The notes under the pieces are model-generated. The model did no database searches, was not told where the DNA came from, and worked only from the letters and a program-made list of their open reading frames with translations. The translations under genes were made by a program, and so were the position numbers. Source: an uncultured Alphaproteobacteria bacterium (GTDB lineage Bacteria; Pseudomonadota; Alphaproteobacteria; Rhizobiales; Rhizobiaceae). From it: 64,000 bases of DNA. Every line of letters begins with the position of its first letter. Positions within the stretch are counted from its first letter, which is position 1. The DNA lies in NCBI GenBank assembly GCA_963714735.1, contig CAVQPI010000012.1:295806-359805 (forward strand), written 5' to 3'. Below, piece by piece: positions 1 to 12,779 of this stretch.

Positions 1-1016
1 GGGTCATGCAACGCCAACCGGCATTTTCAGCATTCTGGAAAAGCGTAAATATCACAGAGTCAAATCTTTACAGTGATGCACCCATGCCATTCATGCAGCG
101 GCTGACCTGGTCCGGAATAGCCTTGCACGAAGGCAAGGTACCTCCCTATCCCGCTTCCCATGGCTGCATCCGGATTCCAAAAGGAACCGCCAAAACTGTA
201 TTTGGCACGACCAGTTATGGCACCCATGTGATCCTTGCCAATGAGGAAGTCGCGCCGCGACCCGTCTCTCATTTCCGGCTATTCCAGCCAGTCCGCCACA
301 CCATAGATATCGCTTCCTTGCGTCCGGTAATAAACCATTCCGGTCTGGATAACAGCCTTGAAGACAGCAGTTCCGCAAGTTCTATGAAAAAGGCAGGCAA
401 GCAGCCTGCATTGCGGATTTACGCCACCCGGACATCGCGCAAGGACAAGACGATTGCCATGCAAGGCATGTTAAAGTCGGCTGGTTACAGTGTGGGCAAT
501 GTCGACGGGATATACGGACAAAACACCATTCATGCTGTTAAAACCTTCCAACGCCTTGAAGGGCTGAAGGTCACAGGCACCGCAACGCAGGAAACACTGG
601 ACAGGCTTCGCAGGTTGACCAGAAAGTCAGCCCTGCCGGACGGGCAGCTCTATGTCCGGATCAAGCAAAAGGCGGTGTTTGAAACCGGTTTTGAAATCAG
701 TAATGCAGATAAACCGCTCGGAACGCATTTGGTCTTGCTGGCGGATTTGAGCGAGGAACGCGCGGACTGGCTTTCGGTATCCGTTCCGACCCAACTCAAA
801 AAAACAACAATGAAGGATCACGGGATTGATCCGGTTTATGCAAATCAGAAGGTCAATGTGAGCATCACATCGGTTCTTGACCGCCTTGAAATCCCTGAAA
901 AAGCACGCGTGTTCATTTCAGAACGGTTGTCACCAGGTACCAGTTTCGCCATTTCAGACAATGGTCTTGGAACGGAGACTGGCAAAGGCACGGACTTCAT
1001 AGTACCGGTTTACTGA
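1..1016 (+). CDS. L,D-transpeptidase (YkuD catalytic domain, HGCIR motif) with a C-terminal peptidoglycan-binding domain. The 5' end is probably truncated by the window edge.
   Basis: ORF 6..1016 carries the catalytic motif SHGCIRIP near its N-terminus and a PG_binding_1-like repeat (GNVDGIYGQNTIHAVKTFQ). Confidence 0.7.
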   Translation, partial: VMQRQPAFSAFWKSVNITESNLYSDAPMPFMQRLTWSGIALHEGKVPPYPASHGCIRIPKGTAKTVFGTTSYGTHVILANEEVAPRPVSHFRLFQPVRHTIDIASLRPVINHSGLDNSLEDSSSASSMKKAGKQPALRIYATRTSRKDKTIAMQGMLKSAGYSVGNVDGIYGQNTIHAVKTFQRLEGLKVTGTATQETLDRLRRLTRKSALPDGQLYVRIKQKAVFETGFEISNADKPLGTHLVLLADLSEERADWLSVSVPTQLKKTTMKDHGIDPVYANQKVNVSITSVLDRLEIPEKARVFISERLSPGTSFAISDNGLGTETGKGTDFIVPVY

Positions 1017-1028
1017 GGAAATTCAGCG

Positions 1029-1430
1029 CTAGAGTTTCTTGCGTTTCATATGTTCAATGATCGCGTCTGCGGTTTCCTCGTTCAGCGCGAGTGCCGTATC
1101 ATACAACACGGCAAGCCTTGTCAGGGACTTGACATCAACATCATGTGGCTGTGACGAAAGCGGGTCGATGAAGAATACCAGGCAATCGAGCTTTTCCTCG
1201 GAAATCATGGCGCCAAGCTGAGCATCGCCGCCCAGCGGACCGCTTTTCAGCGCCTTCACAGCAAGGCCTAGCTCCTTCTTCAAAAGCCCGCCGGTTGTGC
1301 CGGTGCCAAACAGTTTGAAACTCCCGAGAGTAGAAGCGTTGGTTCTCGCCCATTCGAGCATTGCAGGCTTCTTGGCGTCATGGGCAACAAGCGCAACCCG
1401 GTAAAGATCATTCTTATCGCGCTTTTTCAT
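1029..1430 (-). CDS. mgsA: methylglyoxal synthase
   Basis: 133 aa ORF with family-typical length and motifs (VAHDAKK, GTGTTGG, GPLGGD). Confidence 0.8.
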   Translation of the reverse strand: MKKRDKNDLYRVALVAHDAKKPAMLEWARTNASTLGSFKLFGTGTTGGLLKKELGLAVKALKSGPLGGDAQLGAMISEEKLDCLVFFIDPLSSQPHDVDVKSLTRLAVLYDTALALNEETADAIIEHMKRKKL

Positions 1431-2246
1431 ATCTCATACTCCAACACCAGCCCGTCATATGCCGGTTGCACATGCGGCGGAGTTTCACCTTGAACCGTCT
1501 CATAGTCCAGCGGGATATGCATGTGGGTAAGCAAGGCTTCGCGGGGCTTCATCCGGTCAATCCATTCAAGCGCCTGATCAAGAGAAAAATGACTGACATG
1601 GTTGCGGTATTGAAGTGCATCCAGCACCCACATGTCGAGCCCTTCAAAGTGCGGAACACTTTCCACGGGGATGTCGCTCACATCAGATGAATAGGCGAAA
1701 TTACCAATTCTGAAAGCAAGGGAATGGATTGGGCCGTGGATTTGGCGTATTGGCAGGAAATCGATCACGCCGCCCTCTCCTTCGATGCGCACCGCAATGC
1801 CGGGAAAGATTTCGTTGGCTTCACATATTGGCGGATACATCGCGCCGTTTATCGCCTTGAAGCAATAAGTGAAAGCGTTTTGTCAGGTGATTGAGCGTTG
1901 GCCTGTCGGCATGGACCTTGATCTGTTCGTGCTGAATGATTGCGTACTGGCGAAGATCATCAATGCCGTGAATGTGGTCTGCATGGGGATGGGTATAAAG
2001 AACCCCGTCGAGATGCTGAACCTTTGCGGCCAGCATCTGGGCCCTGAAGTCGGGGCTGGTATCAATCACAACAGTCGTGGTGCCTCTGCGGGTAATGCGT
2101 TCAACCAGCAGCGAACACCGGCTGCGCCGGTTTCTAGGGTTTTCTGGGTCGCAGGCACCCCAATCGCCATTGATGCGCGGGGTTCCCGGCGATGAACCGC
2201 AGCCCAAAATCGTAAAACGCATTGTTGCCGGGTTTTTTTCCATCAT
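1427..2246 (-). CDS. MBL-fold metallo-hydrolase (PhnP/GumP-like), split into two overlapping ORFs by an apparent frameshift near 1821-1840
   Basis: The N-terminal ORF has THPHADHIHG (HxHxDH). The C-terminal ORF continues the fold. Together they give about 273 aa, normal for the family, in the usual position downstream of tatD. Confidence 0.65.
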
Positions 2247-3031
2247 GCAGACACCGTTCCTGGCACTTTTGAAAACAGCCGGAAGAAATTATCAGTGGTA
2301 ATGTCGCGCATCTCGCTGTCGTTTAAACCTCGGACCTCGGCCAGCGTTTCGCAAGTATTGGCAACATAGGAGGGTTCGTTGCGCTTCCCGCGATAAGGTT
2401 GTGGTGCAAGATAAGGTGCGTCAGTTTCAACTAGAAGCCGGTTTACGGGAACGTCTGCAGCGATCTCGCGCAGTTCCTCGGATCTATTGAAGGTCAAAAT
2501 TCCTGAAAAGGACACATAAAGACCAAGGTCAACTCCGCGTTCCATCAGTCTCCTGCCCGATGAAAAGCAGTGCAGGACCGCGGGGAAGGCCCCCTTCCCT
2601 GTTTCTTCTTCGAGAATGGCGATCATGTCGTCATCGGCATCGCGGGAATGAATGACCAGCGGCAATCCGGTGCGCCGGGCTGCATCAATATGCACGCGCA
2701 GGCTTTGGGCCTGAGCATCGGCATGGTCCTTTTTGTAAAAATAGTCGAGCCCGGCTTCGCCAATGGCGACCACCTTTGGATGGTTTGCCAGATCAATCAG
2801 TTGCTCCGCCGTTACATCAAGCTCCTCATGGGAATTGTGCGGATGCGTGCCAACCGAGCAGTAAACATTCTCAAACCGTTCAGCGACTGCCAACACCTGT
2901 GTAAACTTTGCGACGCGGGTGCAGATGGTGACCATCCGGCCAATGCCGACAGCCTCCGCACGGCTGACGATGTCGGGCAGTTCTTCGGCAAAATCGGGAA
3001 AATCAAGGTGGCAATGGGAATCAACGAGCAT
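2243..3031 (-). CDS. tatD: TatD-family deoxyribonuclease/hydrolase
   Basis: 262 aa ORF starting MLVDSHCHLDF, the TatD signature. It sits between the metG and MBL genes as in the conserved Rhizobiales order. Confidence 0.85.
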   Translation of the reverse strand: MLVDSHCHLDFPDFAEELPDIVSRAEAVGIGRMVTICTRVAKFTQVLAVAERFENVYCSVGTHPHNSHEELDVTAEQLIDLANHPKVVAIGEAGLDYFYKKDHADAQAQSLRVHIDAARRTGLPLVIHSRDADDDMIAILEEETGKGAFPAVLHCFSSGRRLMERGVDLGLYVSFSGILTFNRSEELREIAADVPVNRLLVETDAPYLAPQPYRGKRNEPSYVANTCETLAEVRGLNDSEMRDITTDNFFRLFSKVPGTVSA

Positions 3032-3063
3032 GAATGGTCTTACTTTAAAAAACAGGTGGTGAA

Positions 3064-5241
<2,178 letters not shown>

Positions 5242-5346
5242 CTATTGTCGGGTCTCGGTCAATTGCATGTTGAATTTGAGTAAGGCAATAAGGCGCGAGC
5301 GCGGTTTTGTCGACAGCTTATTGCGTATAAATTCGTTGCACAGGAT

Positions 5347-6396
5347 TCAGGCGGAACGCATGTCGTTGTAAAGGTCGAGAATGACCTGTTTCTTGTCCAT
5401 GTTCCAGGTTTCGGCGCGCATATTGGCCTCGCGCGTCTTGTCCCAAATGGTCGCCCAGCGGGAAATCCGGCCAAGGGCAACCTGGTCATTGATGGCCATT
5501 TCGCGGGCGTTATCAGCCATGTGATCATAGACCAGATCCATGAAAAGGCGTGAACTCACCGGATCTTGGCAGCCGGAGCCAGTTGTCCGGCAATGCGGTG
5601 CAACTGGCCGATATCCGCCTGCCTGTCGCCGACGATTTCCAGAAAAGAGGCGAACAGTTCCAGCACACCGCTTCCGCAAACTAGCAGGAACGCCCGCTTT
5701 GGTGAACCCTTTGCGCGTAATCAGAGTTTCCAGTTCGCCTGGGGCATGTCGGCGGTCAGTGCCTGTTGCCTGAGTACGGTCACCATGTCCGCGACGCCAA
5801 GTGATTTTACTGGCAGAACCTGGCAGCGTGAACGTATCGTCGGCAACAAGCCACGCGGCGAATGGGCCAGGACAAAGAAAGGGTTCGCGCCGGCGGTTCT
5901 TCAAGCATTTTCAAGCAATGCATTGGCGGCACTGTTGTTCATGTCATCGGCAGGATCGACAATGACAGTGCGCCAGGCATTGGCGCCGCTGGCAGTTTGC
6001 AGGAAAGGAGCTGTCCTGCGAACTTCGTCAACGGAAATACGGGTGAGGAACTTTTTCGTCTTGTGATCCCATGGTCTGCGCAACACAAGAAGATTGGGAT
6101 GCGCTCCCTTTGATATTTGGGAATGAATTCGGATCGGCCTGCGTCGAAAACTCCTCAGGCGCAATCTGATGGTCAGGATTTCTCAGAAGGTATTCGGCAA
6201 ACCGAAAGGCAAGCGTCGCCTTGCCTATGCCCTTGGGGCCGCTCAAGAGCCATGCATGATGCAGCCGCCCTGCCCGGTAATTGCGCACCAGTGTATTGAT
6301 AGCATCGCCATGTCCCTGCAAATCAAGGCTTTGGGCAGGGGGGCGGGTGCCTTCCAGATCATCCCATACATCGGGCGTATAGTTTTCCGTTTTCAT
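5347..6396 (-). CDS. holB: DNA polymerase III delta-prime subunit, split into three ORF pieces by apparent frameshifts
   Basis: The N-terminal piece has HAWLLSGPKGIGKATLAFRFA. The C-terminal piece matches HolB C-terminal helices. It lies immediately downstream of tmk, as is conserved. Confidence 0.65.
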
Positions 6397-7346
6397 CAGG
6401 TAGAACCTGCGTTTTCAGGCGTTCTGGCCGCCCTGCCCTTACTTGAAGCCGAGCCTGATGCATGTTTGCTGCGGGCGGCAGGTTTCTTGCCGGAAGCAGG
6501 TTTCGAACTTTCAGTCCCGGTGGCACGCTTTTTGGAAGCTGTTGTTTTTCTGGAAGTAGTTACTTTTGACTTTGTCAACAGGGCCTTGTTGCCCATACGC
6601 TCCACAACGACTGATTTCAACCGCTCGAAAACCGCATTCTCACTTCCCTCACCATCAATCACCACGCATCGTTGTGGCTCTTCGGCGGCGATTTTGAGAT
6701 AGGCATCGCGGCGAATTTGCTGTTGTTTTAATGACTCTTTTTCAAAACGGTCCGGTGCCTCATCGGATTTTCGCCGTGTTCCGGCCCTGCGCATTCCCTC
6801 TTCGGGATCAAGGTCAATGATTACCGTAAGATCGGGCCATGTATCCCCACAGGCAATGCGCTCGAGGCGGCGGACGAACTGGTCATCCACCCGGCCGCTG
6901 GCTCCCTGATAAACCCGTGTTGAATCGTAAAAACGGTCACTGATAACGATATCGCCGCGCTGTAATGCCGGTTCAATCACTCTGTCCACATGGTCTCCGC
7001 GCGCGGCGGCAAAAAGGATAGCCTCCATGTCCTCGCCAAGCGGCTCTGCGGCCCCGGAAAGCAAGACATGGCGAACTGCTTCCGCACCTGGCGAGCCGCC
7101 AGGCTCCCTCGTCATGACAACATCATGGCCGACTTCGCGGAAAAACGCGGCAAGCCGTTTCATCTGGGTACTCTTGCCACTGCCCTCGCCGCCTTCGAGT
7201 GTGATGAAGTAGCCGCGTTTTGGCGTTGAGCGGGAAGAACCGGATTTAACCGTGCTTTTCCCTCTGGAGGAAGGCTTACCCTTTGCCGGAGCCTTTTCCT
7301 TGCCGGAGCCGGCTTTTGCTCTTTTTGCCATTCGCTGAGGTCCCAA
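6396..7346 (-). CDS. tmk: thymidylate kinase with unusual Lys/Ser/Thr-rich N-terminal (about 45 aa) and C-terminal (about 85 aa) extensions
   Basis: The core shows the P-loop YFITLEGGEGSGKST and LID/TMP-binding motifs. The ORF is 316 aa against about 210-230 aa for typical Tmk. Confidence 0.8.
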   Translation of the reverse strand: MGPQRMAKRAKAGSGKEKAPAKGKPSSRGKSTVKSGSSRSTPKRGYFITLEGGEGSGKSTQMKRLAAFFREVGHDVVMTREPGGSPGAEAVRHVLLSGAAEPLGEDMEAILFAAARGDHVDRVIEPALQRGDIVISDRFYDSTRVYQGASGRVDDQFVRRLERIACGDTWPDLTVIIDLDPEEGMRRAGTRRKSDEAPDRFEKESLKQQQIRRDAYLKIAAEEPQRCVVIDGEGSENAVFERLKSVVVERMGNKALLTKSKVTTSRKTTASKKRATGTESSKPASGKKPAARSKHASGSASSKGRAARTPENAGST

Positions 7347-7352
7347 CCGCGC

Positions 7353-8563
7353 CTAGCTCGGAATCCAGCTGGTAAGCAGTTCCTTCAACGCGTCCGTTGC
7401 GCGTCGGGTAATATCACCTTTCTCAACATCATCAACCGCATAAAGCGGCGTTTCCTGACTGAGGGTATCCCCGATCCAGATCTTGAGTTTTGCGACCTCG
7501 TCCCCTTTCCTGATCGGCGGCATCAGCGGGTACTGATAGGAAATGCGGGCGCGCAGCCTGTCACGGTTTCCAACCGGGAGGTAGATCTCGACAGGGTTTT
7601 CTCCCGTTACGTCAACACTTGAAACAGCACCGCCATAAACCGGAACAGAGCCGACTACCTCGCGTTGGTCAAACAGGTTCAGGCGTTCGAATGCCCTGAA
7701 GCCCCAATCGAGGATTTTGCGGGCTTCCTCGGCACGCTGTTTGGCCGATGACATGCCGCTGAGGACGGCAATAAGGCGTTGCCCGTCGCGAACGGCAGAT
7801 CCCACAATGGCATATCCTGATGCTTCAGTATAACCGGTTTTCATGCCATCTGCACCGATATCCATGGTCAGCAGAGGATTTCGATTGCGCTGCAGGATAC
7901 CGTTCCATTCGAACTGCGGTTCGGAATAATAGGAATAATACTCGGGATACTGGGTTATGATATGGCGTGCGAGTTTTGCAAGATCAGAGAGCGTGACATA
8001 CTGGTTTTCATCAGGAAGACCGGTGGAATTGGTAAAATTCGAACCCGTCAGACCGACTGCGCGGGCGCGCTCATTCATCAAATTGGCGAATGCCTCTTCT
8101 GTTCCCGCAAGGCCCTCTGCAATGATGATACACCCATCATTGGCGGACTGGATGATGACACCGCGAATGAGGCTTTCGAGTTCAATTTCGGAATTCAATT
8201 CGGCAAACATGGTTGAGCCGCCGGAATTCGCTCCGCCCGTTCTCCAGGCGTTTTCGCTGACAAAGAACTTGTCGGTAAGTGCCAGATTGCCCTCTTTCAA
8301 CCTGTTGAAGACAACTTCCATGGTCATCAACTTGGCAAGAGATGCCGGCGGCAGTCTTGTATCGGCTTCCTTCGAAAGCAGCACCGTACCCGTATCCGCA
8401 TCAAACAGGACCGCTTGCGGAGCCTGAGAATTCGAACGTCTGGGCAGAAACTGAAACAACCGGTGCGAACACCCAAATCAGGCAAAGCACCATAATAGAG
8501 AAAAGCGCACGGACCACCGGTGCATGTGTTGCCACACGATCTGTTTTACCCGTTTTGTACATA
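7353..8563 (-). CDS. dacC: D-alanyl-D-alanine carboxypeptidase (S11 peptidase, PBP5/6-like), with an apparent frameshift separating the signal peptide from the mature domain near 8445-8470
   Basis: The SxxK motif (ASLAKLMT) and an SxN motif are present. A signal-peptide ORF (MYKTGKTDRVATHAPVVRALFSIMVLCLIWVFAPVVSVSAQ) lies in another frame starting at 8563. Confidence 0.75.
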
Positions 8564-8690
8564 TTCATTCCCGTCGATAGAACTCAGCGCCCCGTGCAAC
8601 TCTATTCGTCCCGGTTCAAAGGTTCAAGACACGGCACAAGCATTTGATCGAAAGACGTGGATGAAAAGTGTTTTAAATGCCTGAAGCGGC

Positions 8691-10007
8691 TTACTGGACA
8701 AAAGCCCTGTCGAGACCGGCGGCCTTAAGGCGGACTAGGGCTGTATTGGCATCTGCTTCCAGAACTGTCAGGCGCGAGCTGTTCTCCGTAAATTCGATTG
8801 TTGAGCCTGAAAGGTCCGACAGGATCAGGCGCACTGCCTCAATGGCGGCTTGCTGCAAATAACCAAGCTGCAAGGTAACCTGATTATGCGGCGCTTCGCC
8901 AAAATATGGCACCGACAGTTTCCGGAGTTCGCGGATGTGCTCACGTAAATTGTCAGAAGGATCAGCTTGGGCAGAATCAGCCAAATAGGAAAGCGCATTG
9001 ACGGGAACCGGACCGGCGACAACAGGCTTGATACGATACACGGTGGGTTGCGAGCCATCCGGACTGCCCGCATTTACCGTTGCAAGACCATCCGCATTGT
9101 CATCAAACGGGATGCCTTCGAATATGGTTGGCCGCGCGGTCGGTATTCCAACCGTAGAACCTGTCAACGCTAGATCAGAAGTGGCAAAGCTGGAAGAAAT
9201 CGCCTCGCTTGGGCCAATGGTCTCAACCGGCTCGGACATTGCAAGCATGGTACCGCTACCGCTCTGATTCTCCTGAGGCGCGCCGGGATCATCATTGGCC
9301 GGACCGACATAGGACGCCATCAGCATTGGTTCATCCAGTCCGTCCATGCGGGCCTTGCCCTGATATTCGACCTTTACCTTGGCAATGCCCTGGTGGTCAT
9401 AACCGAGCAGTTTGGCGGCGCGGGCGGAAAGATCAATCACACGATTGCGGGAAAACGGTCCGCGGTCATTTACACGAACGGTTACCTTGCGACCGTTTTC
9501 CAGATTGGTAACGGTGGCGTAACTTGGCAGCGGCATCGTTGGATGGGCAGCTGTCAGGGCATACTGGTCGTAAATTTCACCATTTGCTGTCAGCCGACCG
9601 TGAAAATTGGGTCCATACCAGGAAGCCAGCCCAACCTGCTTTAGATCAGGGTCGTGTTCAGGTTTGTACCAGCGACCTTTAACCTTGTAGGGTTTTCCGA
9701 TCTGGTAACGTCCGCCACCCTTGCGCGGACGCTTCTCGGTCGTAACCCGCGGACTTCCCTTGACGCCGAATTCAGCAGACGAAAACTTGGTCTCGTGGTT
9801 GATATGGGGGGCACTCTCGCTGGTCTCTGAAACGACCGGCTTAAAGGCATTGGATGATTTGCGGTTACCTGATGACAAGTCCCCGACACAACCGGCCAGC
9901 ACAAGGCCTGATACACCCATCAACAGCATGCCGGACAGCGAGGCGAGCCCACGCTTTCCGCGCCTGCCGCCTTCAGTCGTCGTGTTTTTGCCAAGCACTG
10001 CCGACAT
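8691..10007 (-). CDS. rlpA: septal ring lytic transglycosylase RlpA-family protein (DPBB domain), putative lipoprotein
   Basis: DPBB signature ASWYGPNFHGRLTANGEIYD, an N-terminal signal/lipobox-like segment (LVLAGCVG), and a position next to dacC. Confidence 0.75.
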   Translation of the reverse strand: MSAVLGKNTTTEGGRRGKRGLASLSGMLLMGVSGLVLAGCVGDLSSGNRKSSNAFKPVVSETSESAPHINHETKFSSAEFGVKGSPRVTTEKRPRKGGGRYQIGKPYKVKGRWYKPEHDPDLKQVGLASWYGPNFHGRLTANGEIYDQYALTAAHPTMPLPSYATVTNLENGRKVTVRVNDRGPFSRNRVIDLSARAAKLLGYDHQGIAKVKVEYQGKARMDGLDEPMLMASYVGPANDDPGAPQENQSGSGTMLAMSEPVETIGPSEAISSSFATSDLALTGSTVGIPTARPTIFEGIPFDDNADGLATVNAGSPDGSQPTVYRIKPVVAGPVPVNALSYLADSAQADPSDNLREHIRELRKLSVPYFGEAPHNQVTLQLGYLQQAAIEAVRLILSDLSGSTIEFTENSSRLTVLEADANTALVRLKAAGLDRAFVQ

Positions 10008-10170
10008 TCAATTCCCCTTTGCCCCGGCTCACGCCAAAACCCGGAGTGTTGTCCTACAAACAATCCGGGTTTTCAATATGCTTCAGTTTTGCATATCAAA
10101 CTTGATGAAGCGTTAAGCAAAGAGTCTGGCGACAAAGTGACGAACGGTCAAATGCGGCGCCGTTTGATTT

Positions 10171-10563
10171 TTAACCCAGGATACGTGCGGTTCCGGTTTT
10201 TCCGTCCTCGCGAATCCATTCAAGTTCGTTGGGGCCTGTCCTCCTGAGCTTGAAACAGAGCGACCGCCCCTTGTACCAGGTCGGGAATTGCTGGCACATC
10301 TCATTACCGCTGATCCACCAGTTGCCCGTCTCCTTCGGTGCGAAATACTTGCCGAGACCGGTTCCTGATCCGTCTCCCGTGACGTTACCATTTTCCTGAT
10401 AATGCATCGGAAACTCGAGGCCAAACTGAACCTGAAGATTAATGCGCTTTCCCGCGATAGTTTGATTGATTTCCTCACCCGCCAGCAAATCAGCGCTTGC
10501 CGCCGGAAGTAACGAGCCAAATGCCACAGCAGCCAAAGCCACTGTCTTGAACAGATTTTTCAT
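10171..10563 (-). CDS. small secreted hypothetical protein (signal peptide MKNLFKTVALAAVAFGSLLPAASA)
   Basis: ORF with a canonical signal peptide starting from an internal Met. No recognisable catalytic motif. Confidence 0.5.
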   Translation of the reverse strand: MKNLFKTVALAAVAFGSLLPAASADLLAGEEINQTIAGKRINLQVQFGLEFPMHYQENGNVTGDGSGTGLGKYFAPKETGNWWISGNEMCQQFPTWYKGRSLCFKLRRTGPNELEWIREDGKTGTARILG

Positions 10564-10687
10564 GCGTGCCCCTTTTCTAAAATTTACCTTGGAGGCTACG
10601 CGTCGCATCTGCGAAAAGTTTCAGGAAATTTAAGTTCGTGGATCTGCGGCCGGTTGGAATCATCGCCATCAGCCTTGCCAGCGTCCT

Positions 10688-11416
10688 TCACAAAGCCCGC
10701 TCAAGACCGACCGGCTCCCTTAACCAGTCAAACCGAGCCATCAAATTGCGATAGTCCGCGAGTATTTTTCGGCCGTTTTTTCCTGATGCATGTTTAAGGA
10801 TGCCTCCGGTTTTCGGTGGCATGCCAATCAGATCAATACTGATACGGTTGATCAATTCAGGTGAAACATCCAGCTGCTGCGCAAGTATTTTGCAGGCTTC
10901 ATCCGCCATTGCCGAAATCAGCAGCGTTGATATCTCGTAAGCAGTGATCATCCTGCGTTCAATGCGCGCAAAGTAGGATTCTTCGGCGATAAGGTCCTCG
11001 ATCAACGGGTCCTCGATTTTCCCTTTCCCGCCGGGATAACGATACCATCCCACAACTGTTTGACGCCCCAGCCGTCCCTCTCCAATCATCCGGTCACTGA
11101 TCAGGCTCAAATATCCTTGCTGCCAGTTTCCATTCGCCTTGCAAGTCTTCCTGAGTTGATATTCCACATCTGTGCCGATGCTGTCCTGCATTTCCAGCGG
11201 CCCGGCTCTCAAGCCCCAATTAGTCATTGCCTCATCGAGATCAACAGGCATTGCGCCATGCAGAAGCAGCATTTCTGCCTCTTCCAGAATTCGGGAAAAC
11301 AAAAGTTGAAAAATATCGCGATCGATGTCTGTAGATTTTCGGCAAGGTACCTGCATGAAGTCAGGCAACCTCGAATTTTGAAACCAGAAGAATTGCCGCT
11401 TCAAGCGTTTCGTCAA
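10688..11416 (-). pseudogene. 3-hydroxyacyl-CoA dehydrogenase C-terminal-domain fragment (FadB/FadJ-type remnant lacking hydratase and NAD-binding parts)
   Basis: Two 3HCDH C-terminal-like repeats (DIDRDIFQLLFSRILEEAEMLL..GPLEMQDSIGTD) and no upstream N-terminal domain. The 5' end overlaps boxR. Confidence 0.5.
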
Positions 11417-12254
11417 TCGACTTGTCCGATGTCATGATCTGGCCATCGGCTTTTTCATAAAGGCTCTCCCGGTTGGTCAGGATCGACTTAAGTTCATCCA
11501 TTGCCTGCGGATTTCCGGCCATTGGCCGTTCGTCACCCTGGGCACGGACACGACTCATGTGCTCCTGGGGATCAGCACGTAACCATATTGAGTGAAAATA
11601 CTTTAAGAGATATTCATAAGTATCTGATTCGGAAACAATACCACCGGCTACTGCCAATACCATCGTGTCGTTTTCACTGACAATTACTTCGAGCGACTGC
11701 CGTTCAAGCCGGCGATATCCCTCCTGGCCATATAATGCGATGATTTCATCAACGGGCATGCCGGCCTGCCCTTCGATCACAGCGTTGAGTTCCAGGAATG
11801 GCATTTGAAGCGCCTGAGCAAGCAAGGGTCCGATGGTCGACTTTCCTGCGCCGCGCAGTCCTGTGAGGCAAATCCGCTTCCGCTTTTCGCCGCCGGTTTG
11901 CGACGCTTCAAGGATGGCAATGGCCTGATCTCTGGCCTTAGGCGTTGCCCCGCAATACAGCTTTGAAACGACATCATTGTACAGCGCTGGTGGATTGGCG
12001 GAAAAGAAGCTCGTTATGGCGATACCCAACGCAGTTGATATCCTGAACAAGAGGCTGATCGAGATATTGCCCTCACCGGCTTCTATCTGTGCAAGATAAC
12101 GTTGGGACACGCCTGATATCTCAGACAATTCACGCCGCGAAAGCCCCTTCTTTCTACGGTTCCTGCGAACAGCTTCGCCAACGATCCGGACGAAGTCTTC
12201 AACCTCGTCTGCTGCAACTGTTCCAATCTCTGCCGCCTTGTCACTGTTCTTCAC
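11361..12254 (-). CDS. boxR: BoxR/BzdR-type transcriptional regulator: HTH-XRE domain fused to a shikimate-kinase-like effector domain
   Basis: N-terminal XRE HTH (LSRRELSEISGVSQRYLAQIEAGEGN) and C-terminal P-loop shikimate kinase fold (GLRGAGKSTIG). It lies adjacent to boxABC. Confidence 0.8.
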   Translation of the reverse strand: MKNSDKAAEIGTVAADEVEDFVRIVGEAVRRNRRKKGLSRRELSEISGVSQRYLAQIEAGEGNISISLLFRISTALGIAITSFFSANPPALYNDVVSKLYCGATPKARDQAIAILEASQTGGEKRKRICLTGLRGAGKSTIGPLLAQALQMPFLELNAVIEGQAGMPVDEIIALYGQEGYRRLERQSLEVIVSENDTMVLAVAGGIVSESDTYEYLLKYFHSIWLRADPQEHMSRVRAQGDERPMAGNPQAMDELKSILTNRESLYEKADGQIMTSDKSIDETLEAAILLVSKFEVA

Positions 12255-12307
12255 AGCACCACCATATATTACGTATTATATCGCATACTGATACATATTT
12301 TATGATT

Positions 12308-12332
12308 TTGATGCAATATATTTCCGCATCAA
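12308..12332. promoter_or_regulatory. inverted repeat TTGATGC-N11-GCATCAA in the AT-rich boxR upstream region (possible autoregulatory site)
   Basis: 7-bp inverted arms seen directly in the 100-bp AT-rich gap between the thioesterase gene and boxR. Confidence 0.3.
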
Positions 12333-12353
12333 GGGTTAAGGCGGATCGCGAGC

Positions 12354-12764
12354 TTACCTTACCAGAACGGCTTCAAGTTTCGGGCGTATGTCTTCCGGAA
12401 CGGCTATCTTCACATGCGCCTCAGCAGCCACAAACACTTCCACGAACTCGCCTTCAAAACAGATTGTATCCTCCTGTCTGCCGGTGACCTTGAATCGAAC
12501 GGACGAACCGCCAAGCCTGATCAGTTCTACCTGGCAAACAAGAAGGTTGCGTGGAGTGACGGGTGAACGAAAATCGACAGACAAATGTACAAAGGGTGTT
12601 CCGATATCGCGGTCCACATTCATGCGGAACCAGTCGAAGCCCACATGATGCTCCCACCAGTTATCGATGGCTTCCAATGCAAAATAGGGGATCCTGCCTG
12701 TGTAGGCAATTTTTGCCGGATCACAATCAGACCAGCGGACCGTGATCTCATGAAAAAAACTCAT
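12354..12764 (-). CDS. hotdog-fold acyl-CoA thioesterase (4-hydroxybenzoyl-CoA thioesterase-like)
   Basis: 136 aa with a 4HBT-like fold pattern. A benzoyl-CoA thioesterase in this position is known from box clusters. Confidence 0.65.
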   Translation of the reverse strand: MSFFHEITVRWSDCDPAKIAYTGRIPYFALEAIDNWWEHHVGFDWFRMNVDRDIGTPFVHLSVDFRSPVTPRNLLVCQVELIRLGGSSVRFKVTGRQEDTICFEGEFVEVFVAAEAHVKIAVPEDIRPKLEAVLVR

Positions 12765-12779
12765 GTAATATTCGCCAGA

